A stretch of DNA of 64,000 nt from an uncultured Prevotellaceae bacterium (lineage in GTDB: Bacteria > Bacteroidota > Bacteroidia > Bacteroidales > Bacteroidaceae). The notes beneath the pieces are model-generated. The model was given only the letters and a program-made list of their open reading frames with translations, searched no databases and was not told the DNA's origin. The position numbers and the translations under genes were made by a program. Shown in pieces: positions 45,865 to 53,836 of this stretch (the first letter of the stretch is position 1; each line of letters starts with the position of its first letter). The stretch lies in NCBI GenBank assembly GCA_902762325.1, contig CACWNV010000020.1, positions 23,523 to 87,522 of the forward strand, read 5' to 3'.

Positions 45865-47298
45865 ATGCCAAAGGATTTTATTGTAGCTATTGAACTCGGC
45901 TCATCCAAGATGACCGGAATCGCAGGAAAGAAGAATCTCGACGGCAGCATCTCCGTGCTGGCTGTTGTCAGAGAGGACTCCACATCTTGCATCCGCAAAG
46001 GTGTGGTCTATAATATTGACAAAACCGTACTCTGTCTGACCAATATCATCAATAAGTTGGAGACAGCCCTCAAGACAAAGATTGCCCAAGTATATGTGGG
46101 TGTAGGAGGACAAAGCATTCGAAGCATGAAGAATGTCATCATCAAGGACTTACCTGCAGGTACTATCGTCAATCAGGAGATGATTAACGAACTGGAAGAC
46201 ACCAACCGCAGCATGTCTTACACAGACCTGGAGATTCTTGATGCCGCCACACAGGAGTACAAGGTTGACTCTCAATACCAGCTCGACCCTGTTGGCATCC
46301 AGTGCTCTCGTCTCGAAGGTAATTACCTCAATATTCTTTGGCGCAAGTCGTTCTATCGCAACCTCAACAAGTGCTTCGAGAATGCCGGCATCCGTATTGC
46401 CGAGCTGTATCTCGCTCCGATGGCTTTGGCTGACAGCATCCTGACAGAAGCAGAAAAGCGCTCTGGCTGCGTGCTCGTCGACCTTGGAGCAGACACCACC
46501 ACCGTTTCGGTTTATTACAAGAACATCCTTCGCCACCTTGCTGTCATCCCTCTGGGAGGCAACAACATCACAAAAGACATCGCTACCATGCAGATGGAGG
46601 AAAAGGAGGCCGAGGCTATCAAGCTTAAATACGGATGTGCCTATACTGACAGCAACGCCATTGACAACACTCTGGAATTGAAGATTGATGACGACCGCAA
46701 GATCGAGAGCCGCAAGCTTATCGACATCATCGAAGGACGTCTGGAGGAAATCATTGAGAACGTGCGCTATCAGGTTCCCAGTGAGTATCTCGACAAGCTC
46801 ATCGGCGGCATCATCCTCACCGGTGGAGGTTCGAACATGAAGGAAATCGAGACAGCTTTCCGCAACTACACACATATCTCCAAGATCAGAGTGGCTAAGT
46901 TCGTGACTCAGACCATCAACTCCAAGAATGCTGACATCAACGCTCACGATGGTACGATGAACACCATTCTCGGCCTGCTGGAGAAGGGCGACTACAACTG
47001 TGCAGGCGAAGACATCACCAACGACCTCTTCAATGCTGGCCAGGAGCCCACTCGTCCAACCCGCGTCAACGGTGGCAATCCTCGTCCGGGCGTGATCCCG
47101 ACAGAGGCAGAGAGAAAGGCTGCTGCTGAAGAGGAGGCACGTAAGAAGAAGGAAAAGGAAGAAGAGGAAGCTCGCAAGAAGAAGGAGAAGGAAGAGGAGG
47201 AAGCTCGCATTGCCAAGGAAAAGCGCGAGAACAACCTGCTCAACAAGATCTGGAAGAGTGCCAAGAAAATCGGCGAGAAACTGATAGTGGAAGAATAA
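45865..47298 (+). CDS. ftsA: Cell division protein FtsA with a repeat-expanded C-terminal linker
   Basis: Actin-fold motifs (IELGSSKM, VDLGADTT, ILTGGGS); C-terminal amphipathic helix LLNKIWKSAKKIGEKL. Confidence 0.92.
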   Translation: MPKDFIVAIELGSSKMTGIAGKKNLDGSISVLAVVREDSTSCIRKGVVYNIDKTVLCLTNIINKLETALKTKIAQVYVGVGGQSIRSMKNVIIKDLPAGTIVNQEMINELEDTNRSMSYTDLEILDAATQEYKVDSQYQLDPVGIQCSRLEGNYLNILWRKSFYRNLNKCFENAGIRIAELYLAPMALADSILTEAEKRSGCVLVDLGADTTTVSVYYKNILRHLAVIPLGGNNITKDIATMQMEEKEAEAIKLKYGCAYTDSNAIDNTLELKIDDDRKIESRKLIDIIEGRLEEIIENVRYQVPSEYLDKLIGGIILTGGGSNMKEIETAFRNYTHISKIRVAKFVTQTINSKNADINAHDGTMNTILGLLEKGDYNCAGEDITNDLFNAGQEPTRPTRVNGGNPRPGVIPTEAERKAAAEEEARKKKEKEEEEARKKKEKEEEEARIAKEKRENNLLNKIWKSAKKIGEKLIVEE

Positions 47299-47326
47299 TA
47301 ACTGAAAATAGAAAAGAATAAATATT

Positions 47327-48640
47327 ATGCCAGAAGTATTAGATTTCGGGACTCCCGAACAGGGAAACAGCATCATCAAGGTGATTGGTGTTGGCGGTGG
47401 CGGCGGTAATGCTGTCAACCACATGTATCGTGAAGGTATTCACGATGTGACTTTCGTACTCTGTAATACTGACAATCAGGCACTCGATGATTCTCCTGTT
47501 CCTGTTCACCTCCAACTGGGAAAAGAGGGTCTGGGAGCCGGCAATAAGCCTGAAAAGGCAAGAGCTGCTGCCGAGGAAAGCATTGAGGATGTACGCAAGA
47601 TGCTTAACGACGGCACACGCATGTCGTTCATCACTGCAGGTATGGGTGGCGGTACAGGAACCGGAGCTGCTCCTGTCATTGCCCGTGTATCAAAGGAACT
47701 GGGTATCCTGACCGTAGGTATCGTAACCATTCCTTTCCGTTTTGAGGGCGACCGCAAGATCGACCAGGCTCTCGACGGGGTCGAGGAGATGTCCAAGCAT
47801 GTTGACGCACTGCTCGTCATCAACAATGAGCGCCTGCGCGAGATTTATCCTGAGCTGTCGGTCATCGATGCTTTCAGCAAGGCCGACGACACACTGAGCG
47901 TTGCTGCAAAGAGTATCGCAGAGATCATCACCACTCACGGTATGATCAACCTCGACTTCAACGACGTGAAGACAGTGCTCAAGGACGGTGGCGTTGCCAT
48001 CATGAGTACAGGCTACGGTGAAGGTGACGGACGTGTGAAGAAGGCTATTGAAGACGCTCTTCATTCTCCGCTGCTCAACGACAACGATGTATTCAACTCC
48101 AAGAAGATTCTTCTCAGCATCAACTTCAGCAACGAAAAGGGCGACAACTCCGGCCTGATGATGGACGAGATGAACGATGTTCATGAGTTCATGTCGAAGT
48201 TCTCAAGCGACTTCGAGATCAAATGGGGTATGGCTATCGACCCTGAGCTTGGAAAGAAGGTGAAGGTTACCATTCTTGCTACCGGCTTCGGCATCGAGGA
48301 CGTGGACGGCATGAATGCACACCTTGGTAAGAAATACACGCAGGAAGAGGCTAACCGAATTGCCGAGGAGGAAGAGAAGCGAGTCATTCGTGAGGATCGT
48401 CGTAAGCGTTACTATAACGACGACCCGAACCACTCACAGAAGAAGCGCCGCAAACACATCTTCCTGTTCGGAATGGAGGACCTTGACAATGAGGATGTCA
48501 TCCTTGCTGTCGAGAACACGCCCACCTATAAGCGTACCCGCCAGATGCTGGAGGAAATCAGCAATCAGGCTTCAGGCAACTCTCCAAAGAAGGATAAGGA
48601 TGAGTCTGAGAACGTACAGCCGGGCATCATCAAGTTCTAA
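47327..48640 (+). CDS. ftsZ: Cell division GTPase FtsZ
   Basis: IGVGGGGGNAVN, GGGTGTGAAP (tubulin signature), NLDFNDV. Confidence 0.95.
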   Translation: MPEVLDFGTPEQGNSIIKVIGVGGGGGNAVNHMYREGIHDVTFVLCNTDNQALDDSPVPVHLQLGKEGLGAGNKPEKARAAAEESIEDVRKMLNDGTRMSFITAGMGGGTGTGAAPVIARVSKELGILTVGIVTIPFRFEGDRKIDQALDGVEEMSKHVDALLVINNERLREIYPELSVIDAFSKADDTLSVAAKSIAEIITTHGMINLDFNDVKTVLKDGGVAIMSTGYGEGDGRVKKAIEDALHSPLLNDNDVFNSKKILLSINFSNEKGDNSGLMMDEMNDVHEFMSKFSSDFEIKWGMAIDPELGKKVKVTILATGFGIEDVDGMNAHLGKKYTQEEANRIAEEEEKRVIREDRRKRYYNDDPNHSQKKRRKHIFLFGMEDLDNEDVILAVENTPTYKRTRQMLEEISNQASGNSPKKDKDESENVQPGIIKF

Positions 48641-48667
48641 GTTCCTGCTTTGAGGATTCATTATTCA

Positions 48668-48710
48668 GAAAGACTGCAAGTCATCAGAGATTTGCAGTCT
48701 TTCTTTTTTT
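48668..48710. terminator. Terminator between convergent ftsZ and recO
   Basis: GAAAGACTGCAA / TTGCAGTCTTTC 12-bp stem followed by TTTTTTT. Confidence 0.75.
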
Positions 48711-48736
48711 ATCGGACAAGTAAAGCTCTGATGTCG

Positions 48737-49462
48737 TCACACGAACAGTGTCTTCAGCACCGGCAGCGACCTCAGCTCGGGAAAGCCAGGAATATGCAGC
48801 CGATAATAGGAAAGCATCAGGTCGACACATCTGTTGCGCTCTGTACGCGAGAACTCAAACAGGCGCATCGTCTCAAAATTCATGCGCATCAGCAGACTGA
48901 TCTTCTCGGCTTCATGCGCCTGCAGGAAGTTTTCATGCAGGGGAAGAGATGAGGTGAAACAAGCCTGACGGAGGTCAAAATAATCCCCTGGGTGATAGTC
49001 GTCAAGGTTTGGATAGAACCCCAGGAAAAGGGAAAGCTTCATCATGAATACCAGATGGAAGTTGGAGAAGTCACGCTTACAACCGTCGAGCCAAAGCAGT
49101 CCCGTCTCGATGTACTGATAGAGAGGATTATTATACTGTTCTCCCTTCGTGGCATAATAAAGAAACTCTGCCAGGAAAAGCGAGATGCCCAGCTTAAACG
49201 AATCGAAGGGCAAGGAAGTGTAAGGACTTAGGATCCTCACGCCTTTCAGATGCTGTAGCTGAACCGTCGGACGATGGTCGAAAGTCACCTCCAGAAGACT
49301 GAGCGGCTGGAACATCTGCTTCTTGATTTTCCCATGCGATGTCTTAGGAATACGGCAGACAAACGACACCCTCCCCTGCTGCTCAGTGAACGTGTCGACA
49401 ATCAGTTTCGAGTCGCCAAACTTGATGGATCGAAGAACAACCGCTTTCGTTTTTATCATCAT
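48737..49462 (-). CDS. recO: DNA repair protein RecO
   Basis: 241 aa; N-terminal OB-fold pattern KTKAVVLRSIKFGDSKLIVDTFTEQQGRVSF. Confidence 0.85.
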   Translation of the reverse strand: MMIKTKAVVLRSIKFGDSKLIVDTFTEQQGRVSFVCRIPKTSHGKIKKQMFQPLSLLEVTFDHRPTVQLQHLKGVRILSPYTSLPFDSFKLGISLFLAEFLYYATKGEQYNNPLYQYIETGLLWLDGCKRDFSNFHLVFMMKLSLFLGFYPNLDDYHPGDYFDLRQACFTSSLPLHENFLQAHEAEKISLLMRMNFETMRLFEFSRTERNRCVDLMLSYYRLHIPGFPELRSLPVLKTLFV

Positions 49463-49540
49463 AACAGGCCAAAATTACAAAAAAAAGCACATTCAAAGAA
49501 AATTTTTGAAAGAAAACTTGCACATGTCAATAAAAGTCCA

Positions 49541-49548
49541 TACCTTTG
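49541..49548 (+). promoter_or_regulatory. -7 box TAccTTTG upstream of tRNA-Glu (and probably rpsT)
   Basis: TACCTTTGCACCCGC, near-identical to the tRNA-Pro promoter context; 21 nt before the tRNA 5' end. Confidence 0.5.
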
Positions 49549-49569
49549 CACCCGCTAATGAAGTCGCAT

Positions 49570-49641
49570 GGTCCCTTCGTCTATCGGTTAGGACGAGAGA
49601 TTTTCATTCTCTAAAGAGGAGTTCGACTCTCCTAGGGACTA
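49570..49641 (+). tRNA. tRNA-Glu (anticodon UUC)
   Basis: GGTCCCTTCGTCTATCGGTTAGGACGAGAGATTTTCATTCTCT...GGAGTTCGACTCTCCTAGGGACTA; anticodon loop UUUUCAU. Confidence 0.88.
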
Positions 49642-49667
49642 CAAACAAAAATAAAGAATAAGTAAAG

Positions 49668-49922
49668 ATGGCAAATCACAAATCATCATTAAAGAGAATC
49701 CGTCAGACAAAGACGAGAACTCTTCACAACAAATACTACGCAAAGACAATGCGTAACGCTGTGCGCAAATTACGTGCTACTACTAACAAAGAGGAAGCTA
49801 TTAAGATGTATCCTGCTATCCAGAAGATGCTGGACAAGCTGGCTAAGACAAACATTATTCACAAGAACAAGGCAGCTAACCTCAAGTCAAGTCTCTGTTT
49901 GCATATCAGCAAGCTGGGTTAA
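49668..49922 (+). CDS. rpsT: 30S ribosomal protein S20
   Basis: 84 aa; [17 protein letters not shown]... Confidence 0.93.
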   Translation: MANHKSSLKRIRQTKTRTLHNKYYAKTMRNAVRKLRATTNKEEAIKMYPAIQKMLDKLAKTNIIHKNKAANLKSSLCLHISKLG

Positions 49923-49950
49923 TAACCAGAGTGTTTAAGATATCCTTTAA

Positions 49951-49983
49951 AGGCTGTATCCCAAGAGATGCAGCCTTTTTTGT
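49951..49983 (+). terminator. rpsT terminator
   Basis: AGGCTGTATC / GATGCAGCCT stem followed by TTTTTTTG. Confidence 0.7.
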
Positions 49984-50006
49984 TATTTCTATAAGTCAGA
50001 AAATCA

Positions 50007-50687
50007 TCAGTAGTATCCCCCACTGTGCCCTTTGCGCAGATACTGCTCTATCTCGGGATACCTGAGACGATAGGCGGCACCGGTATAGTTCACGGCAGGA
50101 CCTATCACAATCACCCAGCCGTCAATATAGCCGGCCTCACCGACCACAAGCTCCTTTGCCGACCCGACAGCCATCGGCAGATCTCCCCTGTATTCCCACA
50201 TCAGTTCCTTTATCTTCGATTCGCCACAGGCAAAAATCTCATCCACCGTCAGCCGATGTCCGTCACGCTTGCTGAACGTGGCACAGTCCTGTGAAATCCA
50301 TTTCTCGCTATCCTTGTCGATGACCTCTGCTTCGAAGGTGACACAACTCTCATCCTCATAACTACGGTAGATCTCGATGCTCCGCTCCGTTCCGTCGGCA
50401 TCAATCAGAAACTGCCCGCAGCAGTTACGAAGAAGCGAACGGAAATCTGCCTCTTCCAGCTTGTCGGGTACATCTGTTTCCAAGATACTGCAAATCCATT
50501 CCCGCACAGCTCCCAATGATTTTTTCTCCCCTGAGACGGGGTATTCGATGGAAGCCGAGAAAGACGTCCGACGGTCACCCTTCTCACTACAAGTGACCGT
50601 GGTGGTCGAAAAGAAAGTCTGCGCTACAGCAGTCACGGAGAACAACAGAGCAAACAACAAGACTGTAGTTTTTCTATTCATATTCAT
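50007..50687 (-). CDS. Hypothetical secreted protein (possibly DUF3298/DUF4163-like)
   Basis: Signal peptide LLFALLFSVTAVAQ; Cys-containing soluble domain; the family assignment is only an impression. Confidence 0.5.
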   Translation of the reverse strand: MNMNRKTTVLLFALLFSVTAVAQTFFSTTTVTCSEKGDRRTSFSASIEYPVSGEKKSLGAVREWICSILETDVPDKLEEADFRSLLRNCCGQFLIDADGTERSIEIYRSYEDESCVTFEAEVIDKDSEKWISQDCATFSKRDGHRLTVDEIFACGESKIKELMWEYRGDLPMAVGSAKELVVGEAGYIDGWVIVIGPAVNYTGAAYRLRYPEIEQYLRKGHSGGYY

Positions 50688-50780
50688 AGCTAAATGCAAA
50701 GGTACTAAAAATGCGGAAAATGCAGTCGTTTTTAACGCATTTTTTGCAATTAAACATTTCGTTAATTGACGGATTTTTAG

Positions 50781-50788
50781 TAACTTTG
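50781..50788 (+). promoter_or_regulatory. -7 box TAacTTTG upstream of gyrB
   Basis: TAACTTTGCA, 25 nt before the gyrB ATG. Confidence 0.5.
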
Positions 50789-50813
50789 CACGTAATTATA
50801 CCGAAAACAAAAA

Positions 50814-52784
50814 ATGGCAGAAAATCAGATTAAAGAGAATAATTATTCAGCCAGTAACATTCAGGTGCTCGAAGGTCTTGAGGCCGTTCGCAAACGCCCT
50901 GCAATGTATATTGGTGACATCAGTGAGAAAGGCCTGCATCATCTTGTCAATGAGACGGTTGATAACTCCATCGACGAGGCAATGGCAGGGTTCTGCAAGA
51001 ACATCGAAGTAACTATCAACGAAGATAATTCCATAACAGTACAGGATGACGGACGCGGCATCCCTGTCGACGAACACGAGAAGATGCACAAGAGTGCATT
51101 GGAAGTCGTCATGACTGTGCTCCATGCCGGAGGTAAGTTCGATAAGGGCTCCTACAAGGTGAGTGGCGGACTCCACGGCGTAGGTGTCAGCTGTGTGAAC
51201 GCCCTTTCAGCCCACATGATTTCACAGGTCTACCGCGACGGAAAGATCTATCAGCAGGAATATGAAAAGGGAAAACCGCTCTATCCCGTCAAGGTGATTG
51301 GCGAGACCACCCAACGCGGTACACGCCAGCAGTTCTGGCCCGACCCCACCGTCTTCACCACCACCGTTTACCAGTGGGACATCATCGCACGCCGCATGCG
51401 TGAGCTGGCATATCTGAACGCCGGCATCACCATCAAGCTCACTGACCTGCGCAAGGATGCAGAGGGAAAGATTAAGCAGGTGACGTTCCATGCCAAGGAA
51501 GGTCTGAAGGAATTCGTGCGCTACGTGGACCGTCACCGCACTCATCTCTTCGACGACGTCATCTATCTGAAGACCGAGAAGCAAGGCATTCCCATCGAAG
51601 TGGCTGTGATGTACAACACCGACTACTCCGAGAACATCCATTCGTACGTGAACAATATCAACACGATAGAAGGCGGTACTCACCTGACGGGATTCCGTAT
51701 CGCGCTCACCCGCACGCTGAAGGCGTATGCCGACTCAGAGCCGACCATATCCAAACAGATTGAGAAGTCGAAGATTGAGATTGCCGGAGAGGATTTCCGC
51801 GAGGGACTGACAGCCGTTATCTCCATCAAGGTGGCCGAACCGCAGTTTGAAGGACAGACCAAGACCAAGCTGGGTAACTCCGAGGTGACCGGTGCCGTAC
51901 AACAGGCCGTGGGTGAAGCGCTCTCCTATTATCTGGAGGAACACCCGAAGGAGGCTAAGCTGATCTGTGAGAAGGTGGTACTGGCTGCCACTGCTCGTAT
52001 CGCCGCACGTAAGGCACGTGAGAGCGTACAGCGCAAGAACCCGATGAGCGGAGGCGGACTGCCCGGTAAGCTGGCTGACTGCTCCAACAAGGATCCCAAG
52101 GAATGTGAGATCTTCCTCGTCGAGGGTGACTCTGCAGGTGGCTCAGCTAAACAGGGACGCGACCGCTATACACAGGCCATCCTTCCACTGAGGGGTAAGA
52201 TTCTCAACGTAGAGAAAGTGCAATGGCACCGTGTGTTCGAGGCTGAATCGGTGATGAACATCATCCAGTCTATCGGTGTCCGCTTCGGCGTTGACGGAGA
52301 AGCCGACAGAGAGGCTAACATCGACAAGCTGCGCTACGACAAGATCATCATCATGACCGACGCCGATGTCGATGGTTCTCACATCGACACACTGATCATG
52401 ACGCTCTTCTTCCGCTTCATGCCTCGCGTCATCGAGGAAGGTCACCTCTACATCGCCACGCCACCACTCTACAAGTGTACGTATAAGAAGGTGAGCGAGT
52501 ACTGCTACACGGAACAGCAGCGTCAGGCTTTCATCGACAAGTACGTGAATGGCAACGATGAAGACAAGGCGTTACACACGCAGCGATACAAAGGTCTGGG
52601 AGAAATGAATCCCGAACAGCTTTGGGAGACGACAATGGATCCAAAGACCCGTCTGCTGAAACAGGTAACCATTGAGAATGCAGCACAGGCTGACGAGATC
52701 TTCTCGATGCTCATGGGCGACGATGTGGAGCCACGTCGCGAATTCATTGAGCAGAACGCCACCTATGCGAACATCGATGCTTAA
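50814..52784 (+). CDS. gyrB: DNA gyrase subunit B
   Basis: 656 aa; LEAVRKRPAMYIG, GLHGVG, PGKLADC, EGDSAGG, IMTDADVDGSHI. Confidence 0.96.
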   Translation: MAENQIKENNYSASNIQVLEGLEAVRKRPAMYIGDISEKGLHHLVNETVDNSIDEAMAGFCKNIEVTINEDNSITVQDDGRGIPVDEHEKMHKSALEVVMTVLHAGGKFDKGSYKVSGGLHGVGVSCVNALSAHMISQVYRDGKIYQQEYEKGKPLYPVKVIGETTQRGTRQQFWPDPTVFTTTVYQWDIIARRMRELAYLNAGITIKLTDLRKDAEGKIKQVTFHAKEGLKEFVRYVDRHRTHLFDDVIYLKTEKQGIPIEVAVMYNTDYSENIHSYVNNINTIEGGTHLTGFRIALTRTLKAYADSEPTISKQIEKSKIEIAGEDFREGLTAVISIKVAEPQFEGQTKTKLGNSEVTGAVQQAVGEALSYYLEEHPKEAKLICEKVVLAATARIAARKARESVQRKNPMSGGGLPGKLADCSNKDPKECEIFLVEGDSAGGSAKQGRDRYTQAILPLRGKILNVEKVQWHRVFEAESVMNIIQSIGVRFGVDGEADREANIDKLRYDKIIIMTDADVDGSHIDTLIMTLFFRFMPRVIEEGHLYIATPPLYKCTYKKVSEYCYTEQQRQAFIDKYVNGNDEDKALHTQRYKGLGEMNPEQLWETTMDPKTRLLKQVTIENAAQADEIFSMLMGDDVEPRREFIEQNATYANIDA

Positions 52785-52803
52785 TGCACTCATATACCAC
52801 AAT

Positions 52804-52841
52804 AAGGCCTGTAGGACAAATCCTGCAGGCCTTTTCTTTTT
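52804..52841 (+). terminator. gyrB terminator
   Basis: AAGGCCTGTAGGA / TCCTGCAGGCCTT 13-bp stem followed by TTCTTTTT. Confidence 0.75.
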
Positions 52842-52878
52842 AATGCCGTGGGAATTAGACGTTAGATTTATGTTGTAC

Positions 52879-53300
52879 CGCAACGGAAGAAATAACGTAG
52901 GCATTATATTTGGGGTTGTGCCGTAACGGAAGAAATGCCAGAGGCATTAGACAATGGTAGCCAGCCATACAGAAACGCCCTTGGGTGTTTCGAAATGGCT
53001 GGTATTGGATTGCCCCCAATAATATAAGCCTGCCCTTGGGTAGGCGACATGAGCGGCTCTTGTCCCTTACCTAGCGGCAAGGTTCCGGATGTGTGGTCCA
53101 TCTTTACCAGCCATTTCGCCGTACCCATAGGCACGGCTGTATGGCTGGCTACCTTTGTCTGATGCCTATCGGCATCCTTTCCTTACTAACTGCCCCTTGT
53201 CTGATGCCTCTGGCATCCTCTTTGCAAACGGCCTAACTGCATCCTCTCCTTGCTAACCGCCCCCTGTATGCTGCCAACGGCATCTTCTTTACTGACTATC
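52879..53300. repeat. Nested inverted-repeat complex built from hairpin-containing units (~33-45 nt; conserved 20-nt core)
   Basis: Left arm 52935-53004 vs reverse complement of 53105-53176: GGTAGCCAGCCATACAG 17/17, CGAAATGGCTGGTA 14/14. The unit core TTGTCTRATGCC-N3/4-GGCAT is present 2x on the left (as its complement) and 3x on the right. Confidence 0.8.
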
Positions 53301-53360
53301 ACTATCTGATTGCAAATGCACGGCTCATTGCAATTGAATTGCGGATTCGGCATCGCGACA

Positions 53361-53765
53361 ATTTGTAAAGGAATATTCGAATTTTGACCCAAAAAAACAG
53401 GGGGTGCTGATCACGAAAGGGTCATTCGGTCGAAAAAACGTCGTTTTTTGACGTTTTTGGTAATTCGTTGACTGACAGACGGTTACACGGTTATTTATCT
53501 GTAATCTAACGGTTTACAAAATACATATTTGCCAAAGGTAAGGTTTCGCTGCGCGAAAGGTTATGTTTCGTCGTGTGAAAGGTGATGTTTGAGGCGATGA
53601 AACATAACCTTTGGTGCGGTCAAAGCTAAGCTTTCGCGATGCGAGAGCTATGCTCTCGCAAAATGAAGAATGAAGAGTGAAGAGTGAAGAATCGATTTTT
53701 ACAAAAATTAACCTCTATTTCATCACTTTTCCCCGACAAACTTTTGTCAACATAATTGACAACGA
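53361..53765 (+). repeat. Copy 3 of the ~400-bp interspersed non-coding element
   Basis: Same block order and orientation as copies 1 and 2; 14-bp hairpin stem 53556-53569 / 53599-53612. Confidence 0.85.
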
Positions 53766-53810
53766 AACAAAAGAAAAAGACGTGCTGCACGGATTACTAT
53801 GCAGCACGTC
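53765..53810 (-). terminator. Terminator of the 53837..55219 gene
   Basis: GACGTGCTGC / GCAGCACGTC 10-bp stem; on the minus strand it is followed by TTTTTCTTTTGTTT. Confidence 0.7.
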
Positions 53811-53836
53811 TTCCTGTCTCGACAGAACGATTCCTA

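Noticed and set aside
46150-47424. 424-aa ORF antisense to ftsA and the ftsZ start
   Set aside because: ftsA on the + strand has unambiguous actin-fold motifs. The antisense product is low-complexity (L/F/V-rich) and results from the GA-rich repeat region, so it is a frame artefact.
52904-53392. ORFs 52904..53134 and 53186..53392 as protein genes in the gyrB-downstream gap
   Set aside because: They lie entirely within the inverted-repeat complex. The translations are repeat-driven with no start context or homology impression, and the same DNA reads open on the other strand in places.
53663-53683. Five-codon ORFs (MKNEE*, MKYEE*) in the heptamer tract as leader peptides
   Set aside because: Copy 1 reads through to a different 13-aa product. 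The ORF is a trivial consequence of the ATGAAGA/GTGAAGA repeats. It is kept only as a remark under the heptamer finding.
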